NCBI GenBank assembly: GCA_964035575.1
Contig: OZ037840.1
Span: forward strand, 1,116,001 to 1,180,000
Direction of reading: 5' to 3'
Source of the DNA: Rhynchopus sp. YZ270_cl-10
Taxonomy: Eukaryota
DNA length: 64,000 nt
Both the position numbers and the translations under genes were made by a program. The notes beneath the pieces were generated by a model. It saw only the letters and a list, made by a program, of their open reading frames with translations. It made no database searches and was not told where the DNA came from. Numbering within the stretch: position 1 is the stretch's first letter; each line of letters starts with the position of its first letter. Shown one piece after another: positions 11,137 through 24,143 of this stretch.

Positions 11137-12873
11137 TCAGTGACTGAATTTTTTCAAAAAAAAAAAAAAAAAAAAGTGGAAGCGTGCAATGCAACAAACG
11201 GTCGATCTGATCAAGCGAAACGGATATCAGTCAATAATTGAGCCACCGGGACTTTTTTCCGTTTTTGTACAGAAAAATTTTTAATTTCTACTCGTCAAAA
11301 AAAATTGTCCGACCCCGCAATTAAAAGATATCGACTCGGAAACCCATCCCCGCTGGGTTTTGAAAACTTTTGACGTCGTTGGTTCACCTCAGATGTGTGA
11401 GGGCCTCGACCAAAACCAGTTTTTCCAGTTTTCGGGTATAAGCCTGGGCGGTAGTATTTTACAAAAAAATCCTCAAAATTCAAAAAAAACTGTTCGAATG
11501 GATTCAGATCGTGCAAAACAGTCAAAATATCACTTTTGACAAAGAAAAAAAAGTGATCCTCACTGTTACGCAGCCACCCTCCTGACCCCCCTGGAACCTG
11601 GTTTTTGCGTGGGGGGTTCCCTGTACAAAGTCTTAAGGGAAGTCTGAAGGGGTACTGGTTGGTGGCCATTTTTTGCCTACAAAAAACCAGGAAAAAAAAT
11701 TTTTTTTTTCGGTTCTCGGGAGTCTGTGCGTGCTGTGATGGCGTCACTTTGCGCTCAGAAATGAGTATTTTTGACCTAAAATGCATGTGTCAGTTTAGAC
11801 TGGCTGTATGCCGTTTTCCACGGTGTACAGCCACAACTACCCATGTACAGAAGAATTTTTAACTTCTACTCATTTCCAGAAATCGTGCGACCCCGCAATT
11901 AAAAGATATCGACTCGGAAATCCATCCCCGCAGGGTTTTAATTTTTTTTTAAAATTTCGGTGCGTCGCATTCATGCAATTCATTTCCGACTTTTTGGGAT
12001 TCACCAATCTGGAGTTCAAATAAAAATTTATGGAGCCTGTCTGACGACCTTTTTGAAAAAAGTGTGTTTTTTAAGACGATTTTCTGTCGTGTTTTTGCGG
12101 TGTTTGGGTGGGGATGTGGTGGAAATTTGGAACTATCTGGGTTCCCAGGGTCCTTTTTCGGGGGTTTTTGGCCATTTCTTGACCCCTATATGGGTCAAAC
12201 AGCATGCCGGAATGCTGCCGGAGCGCGGTCAGGGTATTGCCAGGGTATGTTTTTTGACCTAAAAACACCAAAAAAACACTTCCAAAAGTGTCAAATATGT
12301 CCAAAACAGGTTGGAATGGACTCACAGGCCACTTTTGGGGTATATTTGTGCCAAAGGAGGTTTTGTGATGTCAAAAAATAGCCGTTTTTTTTGGTTTTTT
12401 CTTGAAAAACCGCTATTTTGCCCAACATGGCCAAAACCGTCAAAAAGCTGTTTTTTCACTATTTTTTCCCATTTTTTTGTATTCTGGGGTGGCTTCTGGG
12501 TCGTTTTTCGGCCCACAGGCCCCCTGTGACCCACTCTGAGGGTGTTTTTCACCCGCAATTGCCTTGGAGATGACCAGAAGTTTAAAAATGAGTTTTTTGT
12601 ACGTTGGGTCCCAGCCAAAAACGGCTGAGTCGGACCCCCTACCCCCCCCCCCGTGCATAAGTCCGACCCCCATCAGGCCTGACGCTAACCATCAACCATC
12701 AACCCACGGAAAATGGCTTTCCCCCCCCGACCATAAACCATCATCCCACCATCAACCCACCAAAAATACCCTTTTTTTTTCTGCGTTGTTTGGCAGGCCA
12801 TCATGCCATCATCCCACGTTTTTTGGAGATTTTTTTTTTCCGTTCATCATGCCACCATCATGCCACGTGGGGT

Positions 12874-13234
12874 GCATGATGGCATGATGGCATGATGGCA
12901 TGATGGCATGATGGCATGATGGCATGATGGCATGATGGCATGATGGCATGATGGCATGATGGCATGATGGCATGATGGCATGATGGCATGATGGCATGAT
13001 GGCATGATGGCATGATGGCATGATGGCATGATGGCATGATGGCATGATGGCATGATGGCATGATGGCATGATGGCATGATGGCATGATGGCATGATGGCA
13101 TGATGGCATGATGGCATGATGGCATGATGGCATGATGGCATGATGGCATGATGGCATGATGGCATGATGGCATGATGGCATGATGGCATGATGGCATGAT
13201 GGCATGATGGCATGATGGCATGATGGCATGATGG
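12874..13234. repeat. (GGCATGAT)n microsatellite, ~45 units
   Basis: Perfect 8-bp tandem repeat. Confidence 0.98.
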
Positions 13235-13652
13235 GAAAAAGTTGCGTACCGTGCGCCTGCGGCGCAAGCATGTATCCCACCAACGCAGTTCCATTTTATG
13301 GGAACATTTTTTAGAAATGTTGCGTACCGTGGCTTCGCCAGGAACCTTTGGGTACCATGACCGCTGCTTTACCGATAAGAAGGCTGACACCCAATCCGGA
13401 TTCTGGACGGCCACCTGTACTGGCCACCGAAGAGTACAATGCACAGGGAAAGAGCAAATGTCGCTGATTCGGAGGAACTCTGACCGGGCTTGGGGAACAT
13501 GCGTCTCTCACGAGAAGGAGCTTTGCAGGGGTTTTCGCGCGAAGCGCGAAAAATATTTTTTGGACCGTCAACAGAACTTTTTCAAACCCAAAATCCTGGC
13601 GGCGGGGCTGACCAAGTTTTCAAAAAATAAAAATCGTGTGTTTTTGGAGGTA

Positions 13653-13767
13653 CCCTAACTGTTCGGTCCAATTCGGTGTAATTCGGTCCATTTCGTTTTT
13701 TTTTTTTTTTCGCAAAGGGAAATTTCCCCTTGTACCAGAAAAACCGAAAAAAACCGAAATGTTAGGG
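13653..13767. mobile_element. MITE CCCTAAC...GTTAGGG, TA-flanked
   Basis: Near-identical second copy at 61951-62086. Confidence 0.8.
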
Positions 13768-16479
13768 TACCTTTTTTGGTCGATTTCGTTTTTTTTCCAA
13801 AGGGGGGACCCTTTGGTCGCCGAAATTCCCCAGCCAAATTTGGTCGCAAAATCGGCCGATTTTTCAAAAATCTCAAAAAACATAGTGTGAGAACGATCGT
13901 GACGGTTTTTTTCAAGATCTTGAACTTTTTTTCAAGATCTTGACATTTTTTTTTTTTTTTTTTTGGTGTTGTTCAACTTAGCCCAAGGCTCGACTTTTTT
14001 TTTTTCCACATCAAACTGGACAGGGCGAGGGGGGTACGTTTACTATGCACATGAAAAGCACTTGGTCCGAGCGAAGCGAGGGCCAGATGTCTTACAATCT
14101 GTACAGTGCCGGTTAGTTAGAACGAGGCACAAAAGTGAACAAAACTAGAGATGGATTGTTATTGTCATCAGCACAGTCAGCACCATTGACAATTGAGGAA
14201 AAATGGAGTATTAACATGGGAGAGGCAGGGGAGAAGACAGACTGTCCAGTCAGTGTGGTTTTACTTAGCGTTCCAGTTTGGTACCCAGCTGGTTCTGGAG
14301 GGGGGGGGGGATGTTTTCTTTTTACAATACGAAGTTCCGTTCTTGTCACAACAAGCGTCCTTTTTGTTCTTTTTGTCCTTGTAGTCTTTTTTGATAGGGT
14401 AATTAACGCCATTAGCGGTCACTCATGGAACTCGTATGGGAGGGGCTGGGGGGGGGGGGGGGAGGGGAAAGGGAATTCACAGATTACCAAACACATCATC
14501 TTACTCACGAGTCCTTGCGTCACTCACGGCCATTCTGAGCGAGGACTAGATGCAGTTCAGCAAAAATCTAGACAAACAGGTCTCTAAAGAAGAGGGGTGG
14601 GGGAAAAGAAAAGGGAAGAAACGAGTGTTGCTACACACAAAAGAAAAGGGGGGGGGGGGGGGGGTCTAAAAACGAATCTAATGCTGGCCGCTTTCCTCCT
14701 AAGCAGCCATCCTACGGAGCAGCTCCTTGGCGTTCCGGAACCGCTCCGTCTCTCTCTTCTCCCGTCTCCCGTCACCGCTCACCTGCCTCTCCTCCCACCA
14801 CTCCTGCAGGTCCTGCAGCGCTCTCTCCGGACTCAGGGGGGTGCTGCCCTGCTTCTGCCCACGCTCGGGGTAGAAGTGCCTCCGCCACTCATCTACACTG
14901 GCGGGCACAGTCTCTCCATACCTCGCACAGGAAGCTACCTCCACAGGGGCGTCAGATCCTGCTGGGTGGGCGGTGGGTGCTCGCCTTTTGGCCGCAGCCT
15001 TCTCTGCGCGTTTTTCGGCGACGCGCTGCTCCGCCTGTTCCCTCCTCTTCCTGGCGGATGCTTCCTTCCATGCACCCTTTTTGGCCGACCCCTCCTTTAA
15101 TTCGCACAGGATAGCTGATGGCTTTTGTTGTTGAAAGCTGGTCCTCATTGCGGTCATTGTCGGTGCGGCGTTCTCGGTCATGTTAGTGTCGTGGTTGGTG
15201 TCGGCAACGTCGTCGTCGTTTTTTTTTTTTTTTTCACGATCGTTTTTTTTTTTCACGATCGTTTTTTTTTTTTCCCCTAGTAGTACAAGGGGCATGGGCG
15301 TGAAATGGGTGGCAAGGGAGAGTTTCTGGGTTCTACTTGGAATTTTTGACCGACTCTTTTCCTTGAAACGATTTTGTGGCGAATCTTTCAAATAAAGCAA
15401 AAATCGAGAACATTCTCACACCAGAATCCCCCCCAACGGATGTCGCCAGCGAGGCACTAAAACCAGAAAACCGTTTTTACCCATGGCAAGTGCCACTATA
15501 GTGGCGCACGAATGCCACACGTTGGTAGGGGTAATGGGGTTCTACTCATTTTCGTAAAAACATTTTTTTTCTGTGTGACAATAATAAGGCAAGAATCGAC
15601 AACTTTCGTGAAAATGTCATATCGTTGGATGCTGGAGGGAGGTGGGTCAACCCTAGGAAAAGGACTTTTTTTGGCGCTCACCCCCAAAATCACCCCCTGC
15701 CTCGTGACTTCGCCCTGCAAACAGAATTCTACTCAAAATCGTAAAATAAATTATATTTCGTAAGAATTGATGTCGATCTTTTAGATAAAGCCAAAATCGA
15801 GCAGTTTTGATGATTAGGTTAGTGCAGCCGTAACAAGGAGAACACAGGGTAAAATCCCTTGGTTTTCCCTTGCTGTACTGTATGTGTTAAAAAGTGTATA
15901 TTGGTGTACGGGAGAGACGCGCGTTTAAAGTTGCAACATTTTTAGGCTGATTGACGTGGGCCTGGCATGCCCCATTTTTCACTTTTTACCACCGATTTAA
16001 TTCGATCACCATCGAACACTGGGAAAATTTCTTGGTCAGTTTGGGGTATAACACGTGTATGACCTAATTTTAAGTGGTCAGAAGTGGAGTCTGACCCCCG
16101 TGCCCATCATTTTTGAGCATGTTTTTTGGTTTTCCTTAGCACAACGTAGGAGAAGGCGAACTGTTTACAAGGAGGGACAGGGTCGAGCGTGAGTGGGTCA
16201 CTGCAGTGGCTCACGATACACTGAACGGGTTTGCGGCTGGGAGGGAAACGTTTCCACTGTTACAGGCAAGTCACAAGGGGGTGGTGACTTGTGTGGGAGA
16301 AATGGGTACGGACAAGACTGTATGCGTTTAGTCCCAAGAGCCTTCACTGATGTCAGAGTCGTGATGCTCAGCATCATCATCAACCTTGGGGTCCTCAGCT
16401 GTCGCGTCGCAGTCAATATAGCTCCCGCACGCTCCTTCTCCTCCTGCACCAGCTTCTCCTCATCCCACCAACCATTCTC

Positions 16480-16680
16480 TTGTGGCGGCTTGCTCTCGCG
16501 CAAACTGCGTGCTACGACCACAAGCTTGTGCAGCTTTGGTGCAACTAGCCAGTTGCGCCTCTTCTCGCTCATCCACCCATCGTACTGAAGATGCGCTCAG
16601 CATGTTGAGGCACAAATGGAACTCAGGGGAAGAGCTGTGTGCTGTGGACAGAGAGGCCAGGGTTTGGGGTGCTGTGTGAG
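16480..16680 (-). pseudogene. Possible hAT transposase C-terminal dimerisation-domain remnant (frameshifted)
   Basis: LSTAHSSSPE ... MSEKRRNWLVAPKLHKLVVV across frames resembles the hAT SSxxxERxFS...KRNRLxxEKLxKLV motif. Confidence 0.45.
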
Positions 16681-18703
16681 CTACAAACGCTCCCCTTCCC
16701 TCCTCAGATCTAACAAACATTACCCGTTGTCTTGCAAGAACTTGCCCAATTCTGCAAATTGACCCCACCACTGCACGGGCGGCTTCCAAAAATGCAAATA
16801 AGGACCCTTTTCCACAACCTTCCTTCACAGAAGGGTCAATTTTACAAACCCGGATTTTGAGGAAAATTTTAGCCGAAAATGGGCCCACGTATAAGTGACC
16901 GGGCTCATATTTCTCAAAATTTAAGTGGTCAAAAAATCCAATTTTCGAGATTGACCCCACCACTGCACGGGCGAATCCCAAAAATGTAAATAAAGACGTT
17001 TTTGGCCCAAAATAAATCTGCCAAAATTGTGTCCCGGATTGGATTTTGGACTCCGGACCCCATATTTAGAAATAGCCCTGTGTTCTAAACAATGAGCATC
17101 ACAGCGGTTGACCCTGGTATTTTTGGTATTTTTTGAAAATCTCAGCTCAAAAAATACCAAAAAAAAAAAATACAGGGTTTTGGATTGAGGCTGGGGTGGA
17201 GGAGTGGGGGCTCCGCCCACCTCTCACCTACCCCCCACAGAATTCTATTTTTAGAAGACAATTTTCTTCTATTTTACCGGAAAAGGAAGATGCACTGCGG
17301 CGCGAGCTTTCAACCCACCCTTCCCGCGACATAGTAGGCAATTTTAAGCGCAATTTTTAGAAATGTTGCGTACCGTGGCTTCGCCACGAGTTTAACACTG
17401 AAAAGATGGGGAATATGCTTGAACGCGCTGTTGCCCTGTTTCTCAGCAACAAGCGTCCCAGATTCAAGAGAAAACGGAGGTGTTCCTGCTGATGGCGGAG
17501 GAGTTGGAAAACGTCGCTCCCCCCGTATTTGTTTCCGGAATTGAGCTTCTGAGGACCTTTTTCGCGCGAAGCGCGAAAAATTTTTTTTTGCCAAAAAGAA
17601 AGAAATTGGGCGTGGAATTCTAAAATTTTTCGGGGAAAACGGCATATTTAGCGATAAGTATGGGGAGCTGCGTAATCCCTGTTGCGTGACCCCCCCAAAT
17701 TCTAAAATCTGTGGGACAGCGTGCTCTGACATAGGTTGTACTCATTAAAAAACCGGTAAAAATACAAGTAATGTGTGATGGTCAAAAGTGCAAAATTCCT
17801 TCGCCAATGCATTATTTGGGCATTTGTTATACCTGGAGAATATGGTCAGATCACTCTTCAGACCACCAGCCAACGAAATATACCGTAATTGTACAGAGGT
17901 TGGACAGTACAAAAGTTGGGCTTTTGGCCAACTTGGCCTGGTGTTGAACGCCGCATCCCCCGCCACAATGGGCATAAATGTCCTCTTGGTCCGTAAAGGG
18001 TTAAAAAGAGTGTCTCACGATACACATACAACCACTCGCGATTGGATAGATATTGTAACAAAGGGAATTCAGAACAAAACAACACCCTGCCCCATACACA
18101 CTAAATTGCCATGCTTCAAGAGCATGCCTGCCGGGCCAAAAATTACTGTGGCAAAAAGGCAGCAAGACCACCCACAAAGAGTGTGAATTGTATTGGATGG
18201 ACAGGGGTTTGCACAGTGATGATGTTACTACGACTAGGTTTTTGGCGATATTACATGTGCATGTTACATGCCATGCCGTGACGTGCTGCTTCATGGTATA
18301 CGCATGTCATAGAATGTCGCGATTTTTTACGATTCGTATTTCGGGTTTTGCGAATTTTGTTCCAGAAAAGTACACCCCAAAAATGGCAAAAAAGGTGACA
18401 TTTTACGTCAAAACACCGCTAAAAGTTACTCTCGGCCGATTTCAGGGGGGTTGTGGGCACCTGTGGGGGCTCCCTCCCTGGTGTGGGCCAGCGATCAACG
18501 ACATAATATGGGAAAAAAAAAACGATCGTTTTTTTTTTCCTTCACGATCGTGAAGAAAAAGGTGCTTTTTTTTCACGATCGTGAAGAAAAAAAAAAAAAA
18601 AAAACGATCGTTTTTTTTTCTTCACGATCGTGAAAAAAAAAAAAAAAAAAAAAGACCGATCACTTTTTCCCAGATTCGTAAAATAAAAAAAAAAAAAAAA
18701 TTT

Positions 18704-21311
18704 GGGCAGCAGTCTTCGGACAGGTGCGTGGCGACACCTCCCTTGCGAGCTCACAGAAGCTAAGTCGTTCATAATTTTTGTGTTGACAGGTCTAGGTTTT
18801 AGTTTTTGAAAAGACAAGTAGAGCGCAAAGACTGTTTGATAATAGCAACAGTGGTTAAAACTCTTTACATCTCGGAGGGTCTTGCACTGACGATGTCCCC
18901 CTCTGATACTACCAATGTATGCAGTTAGGACTGAAACATGATGTACTGAATTTCTAACCAACTACTTTATTTTCTCCCCCTTTAACCCACCCTATCCCCC
19001 AAACTTTGATGATGCAACTTTTGTGTATATTACAGCACTAGAATGCATAAACAATAAATAAAAGCGACTTTCCAGAGTTGAGGACGACCTCCGTCTATAT
19101 CTTTTAAGTACAATAGCCTTCGGGCGACATTGAGTACAGATCCTGCACTAGCAGGTGATTGTCGACACAACAAAAACCCAACAAGTTTAAAAGGAGTAAA
19201 CAAACAGCCCCCCCTTGTACAAAAGATGGGTTTTTGAGAGCTAAGGGTCTAATCATCTAAGAAAACCAGCGGCCTTTTGGTGGGATTGTGACTTGGATGG
19301 TTAACACGCTTAGCCGAAAAGCTCCCCTTTTGCTACAAACAATGACAACAAAAGCAGTTTTAAAAAGAAAACAAAAGCAGACGTATCTCAGCGACTATTA
19401 CAGAAGCCTTTTTCTCAACGACGCTACAAACAAAAGTTTATAAGAGTAAACAACAGCGGTTTTACGAAGAAAACTAAAGAGACGCACCAAAGCTACCCTA
19501 CAGAAGCCTATCAACAGAAGCCAAACAAAAGAGGGGTTTTTGAGAGCTAAGGGTCTAATCATTCAAGAAAACCAGCGGCCTTTTGGTGGGATTGTGACTT
19601 GGATGGTTAACACGCTTAGCCGAAAAGCTCCCCTTTTGCTACAAACAATGACAACAAAAGCAGTTTTAAAAAGAAAACAAAAGCAGACGTATCTCAGCGA
19701 CTATTACAGAAGCCTTTTTCTCAACGACGCTACAAACAAAAGTTTAAAAAGAGTAAACAACAGCGGTTTTACAAAGAAAACTAAAGAGACGCACCAAAGC
19801 TACCCTACAGAAGCCTATCAACAGAAGCCAAACAAAAGATGGGTTTTTGAGAGCTAAGGGTCTAATCATTCAAGAAAACCAGCGGCCTTTTGGTGGGATT
19901 GTGACTTGGATGGTTAACACGCTTAGCCGAAAAGCTCCCCTTTTGCTACAAACAATGACAACAAAAGCAGTTTTAAAAAGAAAACAAAAGCAGACGTATC
20001 TCAGCGACTATTACAGAAGCCTTTTTCTCAACGACGCTACAAACAAAAGTTTATAAGAGTAAACAACAGCGGTTTTACAAAGAAAACTAAATAGAACAAA
20101 ACGCGAACTTACAGAAGCCCACCAACAGAAGCCAAACAAAAGATGTGTTTTTGAGAGCTAAGGGTCTAATCATCTAAGAAAACCAGCGGCCTTTTGGTGG
20201 GATTGTGACTTGGATGGTTAACACGCTTAGCCGAAAAAGCTTCCCTTTTGCTACAAACAATGACAACAACAGCAGTTTTAAAAAGAAAACATAAGCAGAC
20301 GTATCAAAGCGACTATTACAGAAGCCTTTTTCTCAACGACGCTACAAACAAAAGTTTATAAGAGTAAACAACAGCGGTTTTACGAAGAAAACTAAAGAGA
20401 CGCACCAAAACTACCCTACAGAAGCCTACCAAAAGAAGCCAAACAAAAACAAACAAAGTCTACATAAGTAAACAAACAACCCTCTTGCTAACATGCTTTT
20501 CCTGTGAACGTGAGAGGTTAACAGTGCGGAGGTGGCACATGTAAGCAATTTTTCAAAAAAAATTTCAACAAAAGACAAACAACGCTACCTTTGTACAAAA
20601 GATGGGTTTTTGAGAGCTAAGGGTCTAATCATCTAAGAAAACCAGCGGCCTTTTTGGTGGGATTGTGACTTGGATGGTTAACACGCTTAGCCGAAAAAGC
20701 TTCCCTTTTGCTACAAACAATGACAACAACAGCAGTTTTAAAAAGAAAACATAAGCAGACGTATCTAAGCGACTATTACAGAAGCCTTTTTCTCAACGAC
20801 GCTACAAACAAAAGTTTATAAGAGTAAACAACAGCTAGGGCAGCAGTCTTCGGACAGGTGCGTGGCGACACCTCCCTTGCGAGCTCACAGAAGCTAAGTC
20901 GTTCATAATTTTTGTGTTGACAGGTCTAGGTTTTAGTTTTTGAAAAGACAAGTAGAGCGCAAAGACTGTTTGATAATAGCAACAGTGGTTAAAACTCTTT
21001 ACATCTCGGAGGGTCTTGCACTGACGATGTCCCCCTCTGATACTACCAATGTATGCAGTTAGGACTGAAACATGATGTACTGAATTTCTAACCAACTACT
21101 TTATTTTCTCACGTGACCCCTTTAACCCACCCTATCCCCCAAACTTTGATGATGCAACTTTTGTGTATATTACAGCACTAGAATGCATAAACAATAAATA
21201 AAAGCGACTTTCCAGAGTTGAGGACGACCTCCGTCTATATCTTTTAAGTACAATAGCCTTCGGGCGACATTGAGTACAGATCCTGCACTAGCAGGTGATT
21301 GTCGACACAAC
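18704..21311 (+). mobile_element. Non-coding element bounded by ~470-bp direct repeats with an internal ~306-bp tandem array (retrozyme/Penelope-like candidate)
   Basis: DR1 18704-19171 and DR2 20838-21311 are identical apart from a ~6-bp indel. Internal units start at 19221, 19527, 19834, 20138 and 20597 (last one partial). Flanks are A-rich. Confidence 0.6.
19221..20835. repeat. Tandem array of ~306-bp A-rich units (4 full + 1 partial)
   Basis: Unit start AAAAGATGGGTTTTTGAGAGCTAAGGGTCTAATC recurs at spacings of 306, 307, 304 and 459 bp. Confidence 0.95.
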
Positions 21312-21349
21312 AAAAAAAAAAACGATCGTTTTCACCCTATGAAAAAAAA

Positions 21350-21745
21350 AAAAAAATTTTTTTTTTTTTCACAAGTGTTTTTGAGGCCTGCTCACTACAC
21401 CCTAGGTACCCTTCTGAGACCAAAAAGTCTAAAAAAGCATGAATTGGGCTGTTTTGAGCATCTAGAGTTTATTCCCCAGCCATTTTCTGTACCACCAGTG
21501 CACTTTGTATGGGCCAGCGCCTTGTCAAAAAATCGAAAAATCTCAAAAAAAAAAAATCCAAAAATTTTTTTTCACAAGTGTTTTTGAGGCCTGCTCACTA
21601 CACCCTAGGTACCCTTCTGAGACCAAAAAGTCAAAAAAAGCATGAATTGGGCTGTTTTGAGCATCTAGAGTTTATTCCCCAGCCATTTTCTGTACCACCA
21701 GTGCACTTTGTATGGGCCAGCGCCTTGTCGAAAAATCGAAAAATC
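21350..21745. repeat. Tandem duplication of a ~200-bp unit
   Basis: TTTTCACAAGTGTTTTTGAGGCCTGCTCAC...CCTTGTC.AAAAATCGAAAA occurs twice. Confidence 0.9.
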
Positions 21746-23487
21746 CAGGGCGTTCGCCCCGGGGCGAAAAATATTTTTTTTCGTTAAAAAAATCTTTTCC
21801 TGAAAAAATGACGTTTTATTTCGCCCCAGGGCTTCGCCCCACCGGGGCGAAACCCTGTATAAATAAATAAATAAATAAATAAATAAAAAAAGGGGAAAAA
21901 AAAAAAAAAAAGAGAGACAGATTTCTCCCCACCACCCTGTAGACCCCCCCGGAGGGGGGGTCGCAGAGGGGTGTCCACTGTACTCAAAATCATCCGCAAA
22001 CCCGCCTGCCGTGAGAGGAAGTTTCCCCAGCACTCCCGCTCGCTCCTCAATCCTGCAGTCTGCTGAAGGTGTACCGTACCCCCTGTTATAGAAGGTGTCA
22101 CTGCTCGTGTCAACTCTATCTTCAATGGCAGAGAGTTGAAAATAATCAAAATAAGGATGAAGTCTCATATGACGGATGCCTCTCTCTTGTACATCTGCTT
22201 GATTAAACAACACAAAGAGACCCTCAGTGAGGGGGGATTGATGAAATTCTCCATCGTTTTGCTGGTTTTAGTATCAGGAAAGTTCAGCTGTAATATCACT
22301 TGTGCTGGGGAAGGGATCACGCACAAATCGCAAATTTTTTTTGACCATTCAGTACCAGGGATTCACCCCACGAACTAACTTCTCTCCGGCGGGGAAAATT
22401 TTTTTGACCTATTTTAAGCACTAGTAAAAAAACGAAAATTTCGGGGTTTTTGGCATTTCGCCACGATCAGGAAAAAACGATGGCGATAGCGAACGCCCTG
22501 GAAAAATCTCAAAAAAAAAAATTTTTTTTTTCGGGAAAATTTCGACCACTGAGGTGGGTCTTTGGGCACCAAAAAATGCAAAAAAAATGCAAAAATCGGG
22601 TGTTTTGACCATCTGTGGTTACACAAAACACACTTCTGTGTACAAGCCTACACCAATACAGTGGTAATACAAGGCGATTTTTGACCAAAAAAAAATTTTT
22701 TTTTTCGCCCAAAATCGGGCGTGGTACGTCATAAAATGGCCCAAAAAATCCAAGGAAAACCTTCGATTGGGCAAATTATGAAAAAATTTTTCAAGTCAAA
22801 TTTTCAACCAAAATACGGTCATTTTGTTCACACAGTGATTCTACGTCATGCTAGCTTCCTGTGCAGAACTCCAGCAATTCACCAATGCCGGCATCTATCT
22901 TTCCATTATCGCCATTGCACTTCGTTCACGCCATTGCACTTCGGTCATTTTGTGCATACCCTGTGACTGTGGTGGCTAGAGAACACGCACATGCAGACCC
23001 GTTCCTTGCAATTTCCAGTGTTGTGTTTATCAATGCATGCATCCAGAGGACCTCTGGTTTACGAAATCGTAGGCACTCCTGTGCAAAAATGAAGTCGGTT
23101 TTTGACCCAAAATCGGGGTGGGTGGGCCATAATTTGCTCCAAATTTGGCCGAAAATTGGGATTTTTCTGAAAATTTTCATTGTGCCCAGCAAAAATCCTT
23201 GATTTTTTGAAGAATTTTCCAAAAAATATGCTATACCCCCTATGACTGGACCCAACTCCCCTCACCCTTTTTTTCCCCTAAAAAAGCCCCCAAAATTCCT
23301 ACCATTTTTACCATTTTTACCATTTTTGACCAATTTAGGGTACCTCCTTTTGTCAATGGTGTGGAGTGTTGCGTGAGGTCAAAAAAAACAGGCGCGGGAA
23401 AATTTTTTTTTAGCTTTCCCCCCCCCCCCATATTCGACCATCATCCCACGATTTCCCAAAAACCCAAAAGTTAGCGTCAGGCCTGGA

Positions 23488-24143
23488 CCCCCATGACCCG
23501 TGCATAAGTCCGATGACCCGTGTATAAGTCCGGGCAGATTTGGGCTCAGGATCGGACTTATGCACAGGCCGACTTATACACCGGTTTTGTGTATTGGTGG
23601 TGGGGGAATTTTTTTGGGGGCGTTTTCCCGCTCGCGAAGCGAGCGGGGGAAATTTTTTGGGGTGTTTTTCCGCGAGCGAAGCGAGCGCAACTTTATTTTT
23701 ATTGGCGGTGTATTCACCAGGGATCATATTCGCGCTTCTCATGTCAATACATCATCCTCACAATTCTCAAAGAGTGAACTGTTACTGCAACATTGTGGAA
23801 AACTTTGCACCCCAAACAGTCTCAACAGCCAAAAGGCGCCCCTTGTTGCTGGGAGTTGGTTCTCATGTTTGATACCTGTACAGGCATTCCTCCGAGTCAA
23901 ACGCTATTTGGCCTGCCTGCGGCGTTGAAAACGGCCGTTAAATTTTGCGGTGTCACATTCCCTCATGTGTGGGTCATTCACACTGAGGTCACGTGACACC
24001 TCATGGGTCTGGGTACCTGGGTGCACAAAACCGGTGTATAAGTCCGATACCCGTGCATAAGTCCGAAACCCCGTGTATAAGTCCGGAGGCCCTCAGCCCC
24101 CCCAAAAATCGGACTTATACGCAGACTTATGCACGGGGGGGGG
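23488..24143. mobile_element. MITE-family copy with GTGCATAAGTCCGA subterminal repeats (left end incomplete)
   Basis: Aligns along its length to 41094-41780. Confidence 0.8.

Noticed and set aside
12809..13444. ORFs with MPSCHHAI repeats
   Set aside because: Translation of the 8-bp microsatellite.
18704..18770. HDV-like ribozyme at the DR 5' end (GGCGAC...GCTAAGTCGTT)
   Set aside because: A P2-like pairing and CUAA are present, but I could not build P1 and P3.
20485..20550. Hairpin in the array spacer with a vague hatchet-ribozyme or group II domain V look
   Set aside because: Single copy, no covariation, and the required core elements are not convincingly present.
19221..20835. CRISPR-like array
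   Set aside because: Whole units are repeated with no unique spacers and no cas genes; the context is eukaryotic.
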